DNA of 64,000 nt from Auanema rhodensis (taxonomy: Eukaryota > Animalia > Nematoda), in contig OZ059898.1 of the NCBI GenBank assembly GCA_964057225.1, positions 13,268,001-13,332,000 on the forward strand. Direction: 5' to 3'. A program made the translations under genes and the position numbers. Every line of letters begins with the position of its first letter. Positions within the stretch are counted from its first letter, which is position 1. Below are positions 1-19,188 of this stretch, in pieces. The notes below the pieces were generated by a model. That model was not told where the DNA came from. It did no database searches and saw nothing but the letters and a program-made list of their open reading frames with translations.

Positions 1-259
1 AGTCAAATTCAGAAGAGTTCATGCGGGCTGAGCATCAATAGCTTCCCAACGAATACCTATGCATCCACCTTTTCAGAATAATTCATATGAAACCGAACCA
101 TATCCACTATACTATAACAACTCTTCAAGCAAAATCAATAGTGCTTTACTATTGCTAATTGGGTAAAAAAAATATTTTTTTTTGTTTGATCAACGAAAAT
201 ATTGTGGAACGTTTGAGCCTAGAAGGTCAGATTAGATATATATATATATATATACTGGA

Positions 260-260
<1 letters not shown>

Positions 261-345
<85 letters not shown>
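261..345. repeat. (CT)n microsatellite preceded by an (AT)n tract
   Basis: Near-perfect CT dinucleotide run read directly from the sequence. Confidence 0.95.
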
Positions 346-348
<3 letters not shown>

Positions 349-2587
349 ATCTAAACTTATGTATTCCTAGAATTTTCTTCTCGTGTTTGATCTTTTGTGT
401 CTATTTTGAACTGCCATAAGCAGGACAATGAATGCTCATCGTGGTTGAAAAACAATTTGAATATCATTAGCGTGTTTCATCCAAGCTTTGTTCTTCACAA
501 CAGCTTTCATTATTATATTATTTAATTTAATATATTAATATATATTGATTTTACTAGTTTTTAAAAAATAAAATTCGTGATGTAAATGAAATTCAGCTCA
601 TGCTGACAACATGCTCTGGCAAGTCGGAATACAAATATACTTCAAAGGGCTGAAGAAGATAAAGCTAGTGAAAGATAAAATCCTTAAAAGCATATGCGTA
701 TTGCTCATTTCGGAAAAACGATGAAGCTCTTTAATGCCAAACAGACAAAACAAAGTATGAATTCTCATGAACACAGTAATGGTGTTGCTGTTGCAGCAAA
801 CAGCTGATGATGATGTTGATGATGATGAGCTGATGAGAATGAGCATGTACACAACACTGTCATAACGTCCATGTTCGCGTCTCAGAATGATAGTTGCAAA
901 CTTCCATTTCCCCAACAAGACATTAGAAGAGTAACGCTCGTTTTCAATCTTTATAAAAGCCCCCTCAGTTTTCATATGTTGTATAGAAATTTTCAACAAT
1001 GTCGTCATATCGTCAACACGTTTGATGCACTTAGTCACATAATCTTTTTTCATTCATTCTTCCATTTTCACAGCAAAAATAGGAAGATAGAGAGATTCAA
1101 TAGGCTAATGATATGAAATAAGAGAGCATAGCAAGTAAGAAGCGATCGTCGATGGTAATATACGAGTTGTTTCAATCTGATGTCCTTTAGCCATATTGTC
1201 CTGAAAACGGACTACTCTTCCTCTTTTCTTTAGACCCCTCATAGACTCATATTGGTTTCTGAATAGTAGGTCAACTCACTTTCCAACAAAAAAAAGCAGA
1301 AGACGATAGTGGTGATGAAGTAAAATAGAAATTTTATTATTTCTTCCAATTCCAGAGAGAGAGGTTCATGGAAATTGCTTTTCATCGCACGTTCCTTCCA
1401 TTTAAATCAGTCCTTATGCATGTTTTCCTTGTTCTCACCATGCTCATCTCTTTTTAAATAGGTTGCAGGCTCTTGAATCAATGAGACCTTGCATCAATCG
1501 TCTTGTCGCTGATTATCGCCATCAAATTCAATTATGTGCCAAATTGTTTCCAACTTCAATCTGTTAAAGACGTTAGACGATCACGCCAGAAGAACTGCAA
1601 GTCCTCCATGTCCAGCGTACTGCTCACGTGTACGCTAGTCATGACTTCGAGCTTTCTGCTAACCTGCTGTTATATGATACTACACTATGCTGATGATGAC
1701 AAACCACAAACATAAGCCATCGAATGCCACGGCAGACGAAACTTTATTCTGTTTATGATATTCTATTATATCAATAGATCACCTGTTTCATCATCTCTTT
1801 CTCAGCTTTAGTTTAATAAATTTCGTAGCATTTTGCTACATTTCTTCCATCTATCCAAAATAATTCATCTTTCATATTAATAAAGTATTATTTTGGAGTA
1901 GATACATACGAGCTGTTCCAATTTCAACTTTCATATGGCGCTCTTCTTCAGTTACTTCTCATCTGCCTTACTTCTTCTCACTACTGTTCTTCATCATTTA
2001 CGCCTCTTATGACCAATAAGCCAATAGGTTTTATGCAAATAGGAATTTTTACTGAATCTAATCAAATTGTCATGGTTGAAATGGAAATTCAGCTTCACAA
2101 CTATCTCATCATCTAGACACACAGTTGCTTCATCGAGTTTCTTTGACCATGCATAGTCAGAATAAGAGTATTTATCATCTTTCCCATCAATGTTTCTACT
2201 AATTTTCGTCGTTTTTTTCTTTTTTTTTATTTCATTTGATTCAGCATTAGAAGCTTAACAATCAAGATCAATGAGCAAGATAAACGAATTATTTGAAATC
2301 AAATGTTTCACATGTCGTATGCAGTTGTAGAAATGCTTCAAAGTCCGTATTATAATTTACTTTTTCATTTGTAATATTCGAACAAACACAGTTCGATTGC
2401 ATTTAGATTACCCAACTATCAAATAACATTTTTTTCTTTCTCACGTCTTCTATTATATGTCTTCAAGAAATCCACAAAAAAATAAATAAAATGTTCTTGT
2501 TTTCAATAAAAATTTTTTAAAAAATTAAAATAATTCGGATAACGTTATAGTCTGAGATCTATTTTTATTCAAATAATAGCTTTTACT

Positions 2588-2604
2588 ATATATATTATAT
2601 ATTA

Positions 2605-2644
<40 letters not shown>
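2588..2644. repeat. (TA)n microsatellite
   Basis: Interrupted, then perfect, TA run. Confidence 0.9.
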
Positions 2645-2646
<2 letters not shown>

Positions 2647-4936
2647 ATATATACATATCTCTTTGTGAAAAATATTTTTTCAACGAATGAATAGTGTGCT
2701 TCAGCCACCAAGCTTCTATGTTTCTTCATCCACCACAACGGGTCCCTTTTCTCTACTCTCTCTTTCTTCTTTTGCGAAATACCCCCTTCTATCCAATTCG
2801 TTCCTTTTTAGGTTTAAGAAGTAAACATCCAATGTTTCATTTTTATTTTTTCGATCAGAATATCCATATTTCCACTTCGCTATTCAACACATAATTGGCT
2901 TCAAAAAAATTTGCCATATTTCAAGCAAAGAACTACAGCATGTGTATTATCTAGTACATAATCCTATTTATTTTATTTCTCTCTATATATATATTTTTTT
3001 CTCTCTATATATATATATCTATATCTACCTCTGTCTTTCTCTCTCTTTCTCCATCTCTTTATATTTCTATCTCTCTAGCTCACTCTCTCTCTTCCCTTTC
3101 TCTCTCTATCTCAACCAAAATATAACTTAAATACCTCACTATGAATGTTTTTACTATTAGATTAATATGAAGTTCGAGAGAAGTGCGTATTCTAGTTTAA
3201 TTTATTTCTTTTTTTCACTTTCACATTCAGTTAAAAAAAGGATAATAAACCTTGTGCTCTACCGGTTTAACCAACTTCTTTGTTTAATAAGCTTATCCTT
3301 CTTTTCAATTTCTATCTTCACCATCTTCAACAACAAGCGTTTGCAGCAGAGACTTTCTAATTTAAACCTGAAACCAAAAAAATTAAAGTTTGTGTTTTGT
3401 ATTGTGTTGTGTTGAGCTTGCGTTTCTGTCATCAAGCCGAACGAGCGTGTTTCGAGCATTTTTAGCTTTTATGAACTCTCAAACATGCGACTTATATAAT
3501 CTTTGAAGCCTTTTTCAGAACAAACGTCATGAGATCAGAGTTGTATCTGGTCAGTAATCCTGAAAATTTCTTTTTTTCATGTTGTTCTATACATATGTGA
3601 AACTTTCTCTCACCTTTACGTATCGCATAATACTCAATCTCTTTGGCTAGCATACGTGTTCTCAGTCATGCTTCATATACTCCATCTTTAATACCTATCC
3701 TCTCCCTCTTTCTTTTTCTCTCTCTGCCAATCTCCTATTCTCTTTAGAAATCTCGTTGTCCGCTTCAACTCATTTCTTGAATTTCGACCACAAGAGATCC
3801 GTATTAGAGCACAGTTGACTGATCAGCTATAAAATCAGAAATCTGGAGTGAACTTGTGAAAAGTATACATCACATCTTCTATTCAGGCTTACTCTTTGAT
3901 GACTCTTTGACCTGTATCACTTGTTGCATTCGGATTTCCTCTTATTCTACGTCACAAATTGTTATTTCAACGAGAAATTATTTGAATATTCGAGCAATTC
4001 AAAGGACAGGAACTCGTTGCCGGAAATATCAATCTTAATAGGAATCTCTGTTCACATTTTCTGTTTAACTCAAGATGAAGCAGTTTTCTTCTGAACAACT
4101 CTTGCTCACATTACTAGTTAAGTAATTCAATTGAAAAGAAAGAAAAGTTTGCTGTCTTCATCGTCAGCTTCATACACTAAGAACCGTCACGCAGCGATAG
4201 GAATGAAAGAAAGTTGAGGTAAAGATATATAGAGAAAAAGATTACAAAGAGAATATATTCCTATACAGAGATAGAGAGAGAAATGCTCTTTTGATCGAAA
4301 ACGGTGCAGTGTGTTATAGGTGAAGTCCCTGCAAAATATTATGAAAATAAAAGAGTGTGAGATGAGAAAAAGATCGAAAAAAAAGAAAAAAACATGAAAA
4401 GGAATATAAAAAAGATGTGTGTTGTAGATAGACGACAAAGAGAGAGTGGGGGGGGGATTTAAACAAGGATATGAATGAAACGATATATGAATAGTTTGAA
4501 GCTCTAATTAACCCACAAATACATAACATTTTCCAAATTAGTTTTGAAATTTTGTCTTACGTTTCCCAAATTTATGCGTGGGATTTCGAGCTCTAATCGT
4601 GTAATAGATGTACTTGAAATGACTTTCTACTCCAGAAACACATATACACATGTCAAGTAGACTTCATCCTCATCAACCAAATTGTGTTCAAATCACTAAG
4701 TATAAATTCCTATCCTTTAAAAGTTTGGTAACTAACTAACTCAAAGTGATTTTATTGAAATGTTTTCTCAGCTGCCAGTAATGTCATGACTTTTTTAGAT
4801 TTCAATTCTTATTTTCAAAAATAAAACAAAACAGATGGTAGTTATATCCTATTTTCCTTTTTACTAAACACATTTATCTTCTTTTTAAATGAACTTCATT
4901 CTTAATTTCGATATCACTTTAATTCATTATTGTCTC

Positions 4937-4942
<6 letters not shown>

Positions 4943-5006
<64 letters not shown>
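4943..5006. repeat. (CT)n microsatellite
   Basis: Near-perfect CT run. Confidence 0.95.
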
Positions 5007-6747
5007 ATCTTGCTCTCTTTCTCTCTTTCTTCCATTACTCTTCCCTGTCGTTTATTGTTTTTCTCTCACATTCTCTTTGTTTTCTTTGAAAATAAAACAA
5101 AAATTTAAAAAATGGTCTTCTTGTCCACCCCTTTTTTACCTTCTCTCAACCTTCCTTCTTGCACAAAGATCATAAACACAAAAAAAATCTAATACACAAA
5201 CGAGACTTGACGATGCATGTGACACTCGTACACAACATTTTCATCACATCGTGCCAGAGAATTATTGAACAAACTATTTGTCATTACATTCAAAAAGATT
5301 TATCTCCTTAATATCATATGCTTTCAGCATGTAATACAGTGCTTAAGCTGTTTCTCGTATATATCCCGATCTACGTCTATTAATTGCTTTTAATCAGAGA
5401 CGGAGATCGCCTGATCTTCAAAGCTTTCATATTTCATCTCTTTTACGCCTTTCCTTCCTTTTATTAGCACTTTTCGTCTTATATGTATATTTAACGTGTA
5501 CACTTTTATGTTATTAGGATAATAATATCCGGTCTGCTTTTTGACTTCTGGGGCGATTGACTCTTTGGAATCAGAAACCTTTCATTTACCAGCTTATTCT
5601 CATCATTCCCTCATCTAACGACTGATACGAATAACCACAACACTTGACATATGTTCGAACTTTGTTAAAAAAATTCTCTCGGCAACAAGGAATGCCCGAA
5701 TATTGTTTTGGAATGGACAAAGAAATGCAACAGCTTTTGTATGAAACTCGTTTTTACATCTTTTCTCTTTATTCACATTCACTTAAGAGCTCCGCAGATT
5801 TTGAAACTTTTTCGGCTGAAAACATAGATAGAAAGGATATTTTGAATTTTTTTTTATACGACCACACGTTGTACAATTGTGAAAATCTTCATGATGATAT
5901 TTTGGATCACACCGAAGTTGTCTTAAATCTTTTTCCTGCCGATTGATGTTCATTACACAGCTTCTCGTGCTCCTTTTTCGGAATTATTCAAGAGGTTGCG
6001 TGGAAGTGAGAAGTTGATTGCCCATTATGGCAACTATGCTGATTCTCTCTTTTTCCGTACGGCTATCTATCGTCGGCTTATTTTGTCCCTCATCTTTGCT
6101 TTTTCGTCACTTTCTTCAGAACATTACCTAGATTTGAGGCTTTGTGTGACGAATAGCAGTTAGCACAATAAGCCCCTCATATTGTGAATGAGTTTATTAT
6201 CTTATTAAACTTCTTCTAGGTCATGCTTTCTCGTCTCTTGTCCGTTTTACTGCAGTTGAGCAAGTAGGCTAACGTTCTATTTCACCTCACAAGATTCCGC
6301 TTGTACATGCATATCACAATTCATATCTCTCACCTCGAAAAACCTTGCAACTTATTCTGGAACATCGATCTTTGATAAAATAGAAATTGAGAACTTCCCA
6401 CAAGTTTTAATTTCTGAAGGTGGACTTAATGATATTATACGAAAATTATATTTTCCTTAGTTCCACGTAAGCCGGAACCAAAAAAAAGGAATTTAGAGCA
6501 ATTGAAAATAAATATGGCCCACTATTATTATTGTTTATTTATTTTTATCAAAAAAAAAAAAAGAAAGCAATTGGTCTAACTACTTTTCTCTGAAGTATGG
6601 TGAGCATGTTATTGCCATATATAATCTATATTATTTAAGATTTTTGCATTAAGCACGATGATTTTAAATGCAAACTATCACATACACCTTGCTTTGAATA
6701 TATTAAATCGATTAGTTGTATATTTTTATTTTTCAACATATTACAGA

Positions 6748-9700
6748 ATGGAAGATCTAATATGGGATAACATTAACGAAACATTGGATACGTATGAGGT
6801 AAGAGATTAATCAACATTCAAACATACTTCATATTTCAATTATTATTATTATATTTTAATTAATTTAAAATATTATTATTCTTCACTGATGTCTGTATAT
6901 GTAGATGAAGATGTCTATCATCATCGCCTTCCTTAATCATTTCTTTTTTCAGAATTATGATGATGTTCTATTACATGATCCCTTGGTTCAATGGACTACT
7001 GTATTAGTAGCTGCTATATATATTCTGACTATGATTATTGGAATTCCGGCAAACATTTATGTGCTCCATCGTATGCGAAAATTAGCAAAGTACGTTATTT
7101 AAGGAAAAATAACAAAACCCCTAATTCCATTATATAATATATGATACATTTCATTAGATATAGTCGTTGAGAAAAAAATATTCATGAAATTACTTATGCT
7201 ATCGAACTGCTCATTAAGTTTTTTTGTGTTTCTGTTGCGCGGGAATAAAAACGAATTAAACGAAAATTGGGATAGAAAAAAATAAAAATAAATTTTTTTT
7301 TGCTTAAGAATGCAACCGATTTATCTAATTTTACAATTTTAAATGGATGTTTACAATGTCATGTGGATTTATTTGACGTGGGTCTCACGTGCGTGACATA
7401 CAACTACTAAAATTAGCATAATACAAAAGCTCTCGCTATTTGTTTATCAAATTGCTTGCAAATTATACAATAGTATAACAAATTCGAAAATAATGAATAA
7501 ACAGTATAAATAAATTTGATAATTATAGCTTATATATTTATATTTTTATATCAATTTCTAGTCTTATGGTCATTTTTTGCAGAAGTGATATGGAACGATA
7601 TCGCAATGGTACCGGCATAGCTCTGTGCTCTATGTCAGCAGCTGATTTATGTTCACTCCTCTTAATTTTCAGCCAAAATATACATCAATCGTTTGCCGGC
7701 GAGTCAAATAGCCAAATCATGCACGTAACTTGCAAGGTTCTGTTTCCGATTTTCTTTTTTTTTTCGAAAAAAAAAAGAAAGAAAAAAGAATAATTTTTAT
7801 CTCAAATCATATAAATGACGAGAAAGTGGGAAAAGCAGAAAAACGGACTGAACGAATGATAAGTGAGGTACTAGTGGGTGTATGATGCATCTTGTTTTCA
7901 AATAAATGTTGCAACATACATAATTTTCAATGTTTTTCGTCATTAATATCTAGAGAAATCTCTCCACCATTAAGTTTTTAGAATGAAACTAACAATAACA
8001 AAATTTCACGTCACTAACACGTCAAACGGAAAATGACATTTGCATTTAATATTTCGTATTTATTGTACTCTGACAATCTTCGTTAACAGAACGTCAATTT
8101 ATGACAAAAAAAGAGAATAGAGAAGAAACATGAAAAAGATACAACTTAAACTTTGAAACCGAATACCATTAATCTCTAAGATTTTTGATTCTTTCAAAAA
8201 AATTATTTATATCATCAGGTTAATTAGCTGAAATTTTGAAGAAATCAATAAAACTTCTGAAACTATTTTGAATACATCAAAGGTTTGAGGGAGAATCTTC
8301 AATAATACTACTAGTTTTCAGATTATGCTGTTTTTAACTCACACGGTTACTGGCATTTCTATTTGGTCTTGGCTTCTCCTATCTTCCCTCCGATATCTAG
8401 CTATCTGTCATCCTCTTTATCATCTTCGCCTCTGGCAGATGCCATATAGAGCCTTGGCTTTTATTATTGTAAGTTTTTCTTATTCTGAACTTTGCTAACT
8501 ATGTTGAGAAATAAAGTTAAAAGCATTGAACATCTAAAGCACTATATGCTCTTTTTTTGAAAATTCTATAATGTTAGTATACAGTACTGATAGTTTGGAA
8601 CTTTTGATATTAATAAGGAAGTAATGTTCATATTTTCCAGATGATGTCTATTTTGCTCAATCTGTGGCTCCTAGTTGCTGTAGAATCAACTCCTTTCGGT
8701 TGCACTCAGGTAATCTATTTATCTCTGACCTTCTAGCTATCATGCAATCTTAAAATCTTTTTTAGGTTTTGTTGATACGAGATTCAATGACCGCTAATCG
8801 TCTCTTTCATTTGGTTGAAATGATTTGGTCTTTTTGTATTCCACTAGTTGTTATCGTCATTATGGACACAAGCGTTTTAATTAAAAGAAAGTAAGGAAAA
8901 TGCGGTTTATAATAAACTAATGCTTATGATGACAACCTAAAACGTTTGCAAAAACTGAAAATATATTCTCTAAATCTGCCAACATGTCGGTCTCTTTGGT
9001 CCCTTTCTCTCAGAGGGACGTTTTTGGTCTCAACTAAATTCTAGCTGCCGAGATTGCTCTGGTAGTCTAGAGCTTTTCCACATTTTACACCCTCGAGACC
9101 CATCCTCAGACTCATGACCATTTATAGTCATTTTCTAATGATTTATGTTCTCTGTTCAGCATATTTCCACGATGGGTCCGCCAAAAGCAAAGACGAAAGT
9201 CAGCATTAGAAGAAATTATCAAACTTACCCGAAGCTCCAGTATGCGACTCAAGGTAAATCTTGAATAGTTAATTGAATATTGTGAACAAAAACTAAGAAT
9301 TGGCTACTACAGCCGCAGTATATTTAAAAATTTCGTTGAAAATTACAAGTTTTGAAAACTATATTATTGAACCGCTACCTCAGTTCCAGCATCGTCATCA
9401 GAAGGCATTGTGGAAATGGCTCATAATAGCATTTATCTGCATTCTGCTCAATGCCCCAGAGAATATATATCGCCTTGTTATGCTTTTCTCCATCTCAACG
9501 TTCACAGAAGAAGAAGATGCCATACATTATTCAGCCAGAATGGTTGCCCAATCTCTATATTTTAGGTTTGTCTTCCTGCTGCTTTCATATTAACATAGCC
9601 ATTTTTCTGATAAACAACAAACTGAACATGAAAGATCACTCATTCACTATCTTTCACCAACTATTATTTCAGCCAATTTGCCTTTAACGCCATATATCTT

Positions 9701-9923
9701 GCCGTATTCGTGTACGACAAGAGTACAAGATGTAAAACAGACAACAATGTCAACAATCATTCCGGTTCAGGTAGGGTGCCACTTCATCCATGGAATATTA
9801 AGCATATTTTTAGTGGCGATACCAGCAAGAAGTAGACATTCCTCTCATTCAGAAGTTGAAATTGCTTCTGCGGGATCTCTAAAACGTCTCATTCAAGGAG
9901 ATGTCAAAATAGCACGAGTATAA
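6748..9923 (+). CDS. Class A (rhodopsin-like) 7TM GPCR, multi-exon, probably a peptide receptor
   Basis: ATG follows a ttacag acceptor. Exons give MEDLIWDNINETLDTYE / NYDD...IIGIPANIYVL (TM1) / ALCSMSAADL (TM2) / TCK / LRYLAICHPL (DRY-equivalent after TM3) / TPFGCTQ / WSFCIPLVVI (TM5) / FICILLNAPEN (TM6) / FAFNAIYL (TM7). Stop TAA at 9921-9923. Confidence 0.85.
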
Positions 9924-10192
9924 GATAACAGTGTATTTAATAAGCTCAGTGATCTTTCTAAATAACGAGTAATAACTGTGTATATACATAAATATAAATA
10001 TATATACATATATATATATATATTTGTAAAAATTTATTATGAATAAAACGTTGTACCACTTCCTCCCGTAAAGGCAAAAAAGTTCCACAAAATGTTAAAG
10101 TTATGTATGTGTCCCTTATAAACAACAACGAAATCACAATTCATAGACAGGTAATGATGAAAAATAAATAATAAATTAAACATCACATATGT

Positions 10193-11480
10193 TTAAGCTT
10201 CACTTGTAATTCTATCGAAAAGCTCTTCCTTGGCCATTAGATCTTTAGTCCAAGCATGTTCACTATGAGTCTCCTTTAATTGAGAAATATATCTATTGGT
10301 AACCTGAAATTAAACCAATAGTAAATAGCTTACAGTATATTACTAAGTACCTCGTCTCCTTTTCCCAATTGTTGACTAACAACTATGAGATTGATCAGAG
10401 CTTCAGCATTATTGGGATCTCTGGTTTGAGCTTCCTAGAAAAAAATATAACAAGCATCTCAGGGACTTCTTCTGGTTTCTAACCTGGAGCAATTTCTCAG
10501 CGTCTTCATACTTTTCCTGCATAATTAAAACGGAAGCTTGGCCCACGAGCAACAAAACAGTTTGCCCATATTTGTCCATCATTTCTTGGAAAATATAAAA
10601 AGCTTCCTTCAATTTATCTTTACCCTTAAAAGATGACAAATTACAAAAACAATTCCGGAATATACACATACCACGGCGATATTTACCCAAGCTAGAGCTA
10701 ATTGAGTCAGGGTGGCATCCTCATCAATTTCATTCATTTGCTTTAAGTATTGTCTGAAAATAGAACATGGGTATATACATCGAAAAGTGAGAAAATCTTA
10801 CACTGCCTGATCAATTCGGTCCATCTTGAGCAATGTATAAACAATAGCTGATTTAACAAGGAGTGAATCATTAACCTTGAATAAGGCGCGAATAGCATCT
10901 TCAGAGTTCTTAAAATCAAAAAAAATAGTAAAATATGTTTTTAATCTTTATAAAGTAAACAATAATCGAGAAAATACGACTTACGCCTGACTGATTCAGA
11001 ATAGCGGCAGCAACTACAGCATTGATCTCATCAGCAACGAAGCTTCCGTTACTGATTTCTTCCTCAACTTCAGAGACGATTTTAGCTCTGAAAATAAGAA
11101 AATCGCATGTAAACAAAAACTTACAAATAATAGAGTAAATTATTTGCAAAATGTAAATTGTTCAGGAAAACGAAATTACCTCTTGTTAGGGTTCTTAAAC
11201 TCAGCCATTCTTCGAACAGCTTTGTAAGCGACATTAGAAGTACTTTGTGGTACTTCGGAGAGCGGAATAGATCCCTTTCCTTGTTCAATATACGAAAGAT
11301 ACATAAAAACATCTTTTCTAACTTTCTCTTCTTCACTCTTAGTTTGGAATTTCTGAAAATAAACAAGTGATGAGGATTTCATTAGAGCAAAACACAACGT
11401 ACAGTTGCTTCGTTAATGCATTGCTGGTAATTACCCAGGAAATATGAATTAGTTATATCAAACATTCGGTCAACAGACAT
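10193..11480 (-). CDS. COPE: Coatomer subunit epsilon (epsilon-COP), multi-exon
   Basis: MSVDRMFDITNSYFLGNYQQCINEA..., RKDVFMYLSYIEQG, DEDATLTQLALAW, KLKEAFYIFQEMMDKYG, DPNNAEALINLIV and HAWTKDL...EELFDR all match epsilon-COP TPR motifs. Confidence 0.92.
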
Positions 11481-11815
11481 CTAAATTGAAAAATGCTATA
11501 AATATATATACAAATCAACTATAAAATCCTTAAAACGATTGAAGCAAGATCGAAATTGATTACGAGGACACGTATTTCAGGAGATACGTAAGCGCAAATA
11601 TCACCAGCGTAACAACGCGTACATAAACTTCGTGCTCGAAACGAGCTTTATTATTAAGAATTTAAATGTAATAAACAATTTATAAAAACTTTGTGAACAA
11701 TTAGAAATCTGTATAACAATCATATAACAAATTATTAAACTGACATTATGAAAATCAACAAATATATTCTAAAAACCTATTCCTATGACCTGCGAAATTT
11801 TATATTAAAATCTAT

Positions 11816-13022
11816 CTAAGCCCTTTTGCCATTGATTTTCTTGATAGCTTTTTTTGGAATTCTCTCGAAAACTAAAAAGCCTCCATATCTTTCAATTAAT
11901 TCAAGTGGTACGAAGAAAGATTGTAGTGGCACATCATCAGGTATAACCTTCAATTAAATATTATTTTTCACATATTCTCCCTGTTTTTTTTCACCTCGTT
12001 TGGCAAAACATAGCATTCCATCTCAAATTGGCCGACGGAAGTCTCGAAAAGAAGAACTTTGAAGAAATGAGTTGGAACAGCTACATGATTCTTTCCAATA
12101 ACCTAAAATTCAGCACTTTAAAATTTGTTTTGTTTATTGTATCAACCTTATATTTCACATATAAGTTTCCATCGCCCTCTTTCTTTGGAAGATATAAGGG
12201 TCCCGTCAATATATAAGTGTTCAAATTTTTCCGGACTAATTTTCTTAAAAATGAAATTAATTAGATTTGAAAGCAACAATGAAAACCTAGCATATTTTTC
12301 CAATTCATTCCATTTATCTCTATTGAAACCTTTGCCAACCTAATAAAAAATGAGAAATTATTTTCAATAATTAATGAATTACCTGAGGTGACATGTTCGT
12401 CAAAAAGAAAGTTTGATCGATGGAATTCTGGCTTTTCCGATGATTTCCTGCAGCAGCTAAATGTCCCCTGTCATACCCACTTCCCTAAAGAAGAACTTCA
12501 GTATCATTTTGATTATATTTTCTACTTTGTAATCGTCGTTTTGCGATTGGAAATATTTATGTAGGCTTTCATCAGGTTTAAATTGACTATGAGCTCTATC
12601 TACACTCTTGTCATATACAAGACTATCAGGAGTCAGATGTTCGCAGACCTGCAAAAAAATAAAAAAAAATTGTTTTATGAATGTGAAAACGTGCCCAATG
12701 TGCTGTTTTTGTTTTTCTATCATAAGATAATACAAAGTCTTCGAAAGATCTGATGTTATCAAATCCGGGATATCCATATTTCATAATTTCAGATGCTCTA
12801 GATAATCCGACTTGTTTGGAATCAGTTATTGGCACTGTTTCCATATAAGGCAAGTTCTAAATTCCAATTCCGACATATTCATTAAATATTAATGAATACC
12901 GTTAAAGCTGTTGCATCTGCGGAAGCATTTCTAAAAAGATTACCATCCTGCCCATATTTAGAACCTAATAAAAAAGATCCTCCAGCTATAACAGCTGCAC
13001 CTCCTACTTTCACAAAATTCAT
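11816..13022 (-). CDS. cps-6: Mitochondrial endonuclease G (CPS-6 ortholog), multi-exon
   Basis: IMKYGYPG, FVLSYDRKTKTAHWVCEHL, catalytic GSGYDRGHLAAAGNHRK, FFLTNMSPQ, IYTGPLYL, AVPTHFF and ERYGG; C-terminus IKKINGKRA*. Confidence 0.95.
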
Positions 13023-13788
13023 GCTACAAATTTTTATTAATTTAATATGTAAGTGAGAAGTTTAAAATTAATTTAATATTAGAGTATTCTTTAAAAAGGA
13101 AAAAAATAAGTAAAGTTGTTTAAATCGTGCTCAAATGCGTCTTGCAGCGCCTACAGTATACGGTGGCTTTTAAATGAACAGGTGGGGAGGAGGCTGAAGC
13201 GCTTTGCTCTGTTTTTGTTTATCAGCTCAATCTACTTTGCTTTCTGTATTTATTATAAGTTCTTTTAGAAACTACTTTTCGTGATTATATTTCAAAGTTT
13301 TAAATAATTTATTCTTAGTTTGTAAAAATTTTGATTTTGTCAAATAACATATCATTGCAAATAAACTCGACTTATTGATAAGTGAATTATTTAACAATCA
13401 ATAGATTAATCGTGGCTGTTAACGATTGAGCTTTGTTTTCATCTGTAAAGGGTACTGGTTTTACGATGTTAGTTTTTAAAATCGAATTTTCATAGACTTG
13501 TGGCCTTCATGTCAAAATTAGCTAAGCGATGCTAGTCTAGAGCACGTCATCTAATTCCCCTGTGACCATTCTCGTATGCCAGGCGAACCACGCCTTCTCA
13601 TCCATTCCTTGATCAAAACTTTTCCAAAAACAAATGTTCTATCTGCTCAAGATTTCATTTTCTTCGTTATCTGCTTTTTTTCCTCTTTCTTGCTATAAAG
13701 ATATATGCACACTCATATATTAACACTTTTAATCACTAATATATCAGATTTCTGTCTTCCTTGGGGAAACCTTGGTGTATAAGTTGTC
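13023..13788. promoter_or_regulatory. Divergent intergenic region between cps-6 and pkn-1 (candidate bidirectional promoter)
   Basis: Head-to-head starts about 770 bp apart with a GC-richer core near 13130-13210. Function is inferred from position only. Confidence 0.5.

Positions 13789-19188
<5,400 letters not shown>

Noticed and set aside
159-419. ORF with poly-(SL) sequence, and similar ORFs at 4889-5175, 36176-36394, 58009-58251 and 60964-61233
   Set aside because: These are translations of CT/GA microsatellites, not genes.
1-1210. 151-aa minus-strand ORF (598-1053) and possible short exons near 1-80 and 1165-1200
   Set aside because: No recognisable domain, low-complexity content, and no consistent exon chain could be built. 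A gene may end at the window edge.
5644-5946. 100-aa plus-strand ORF upstream of the GPCR
   Set aside because: No motif or convincing splice structure; cannot be supported without expression data.
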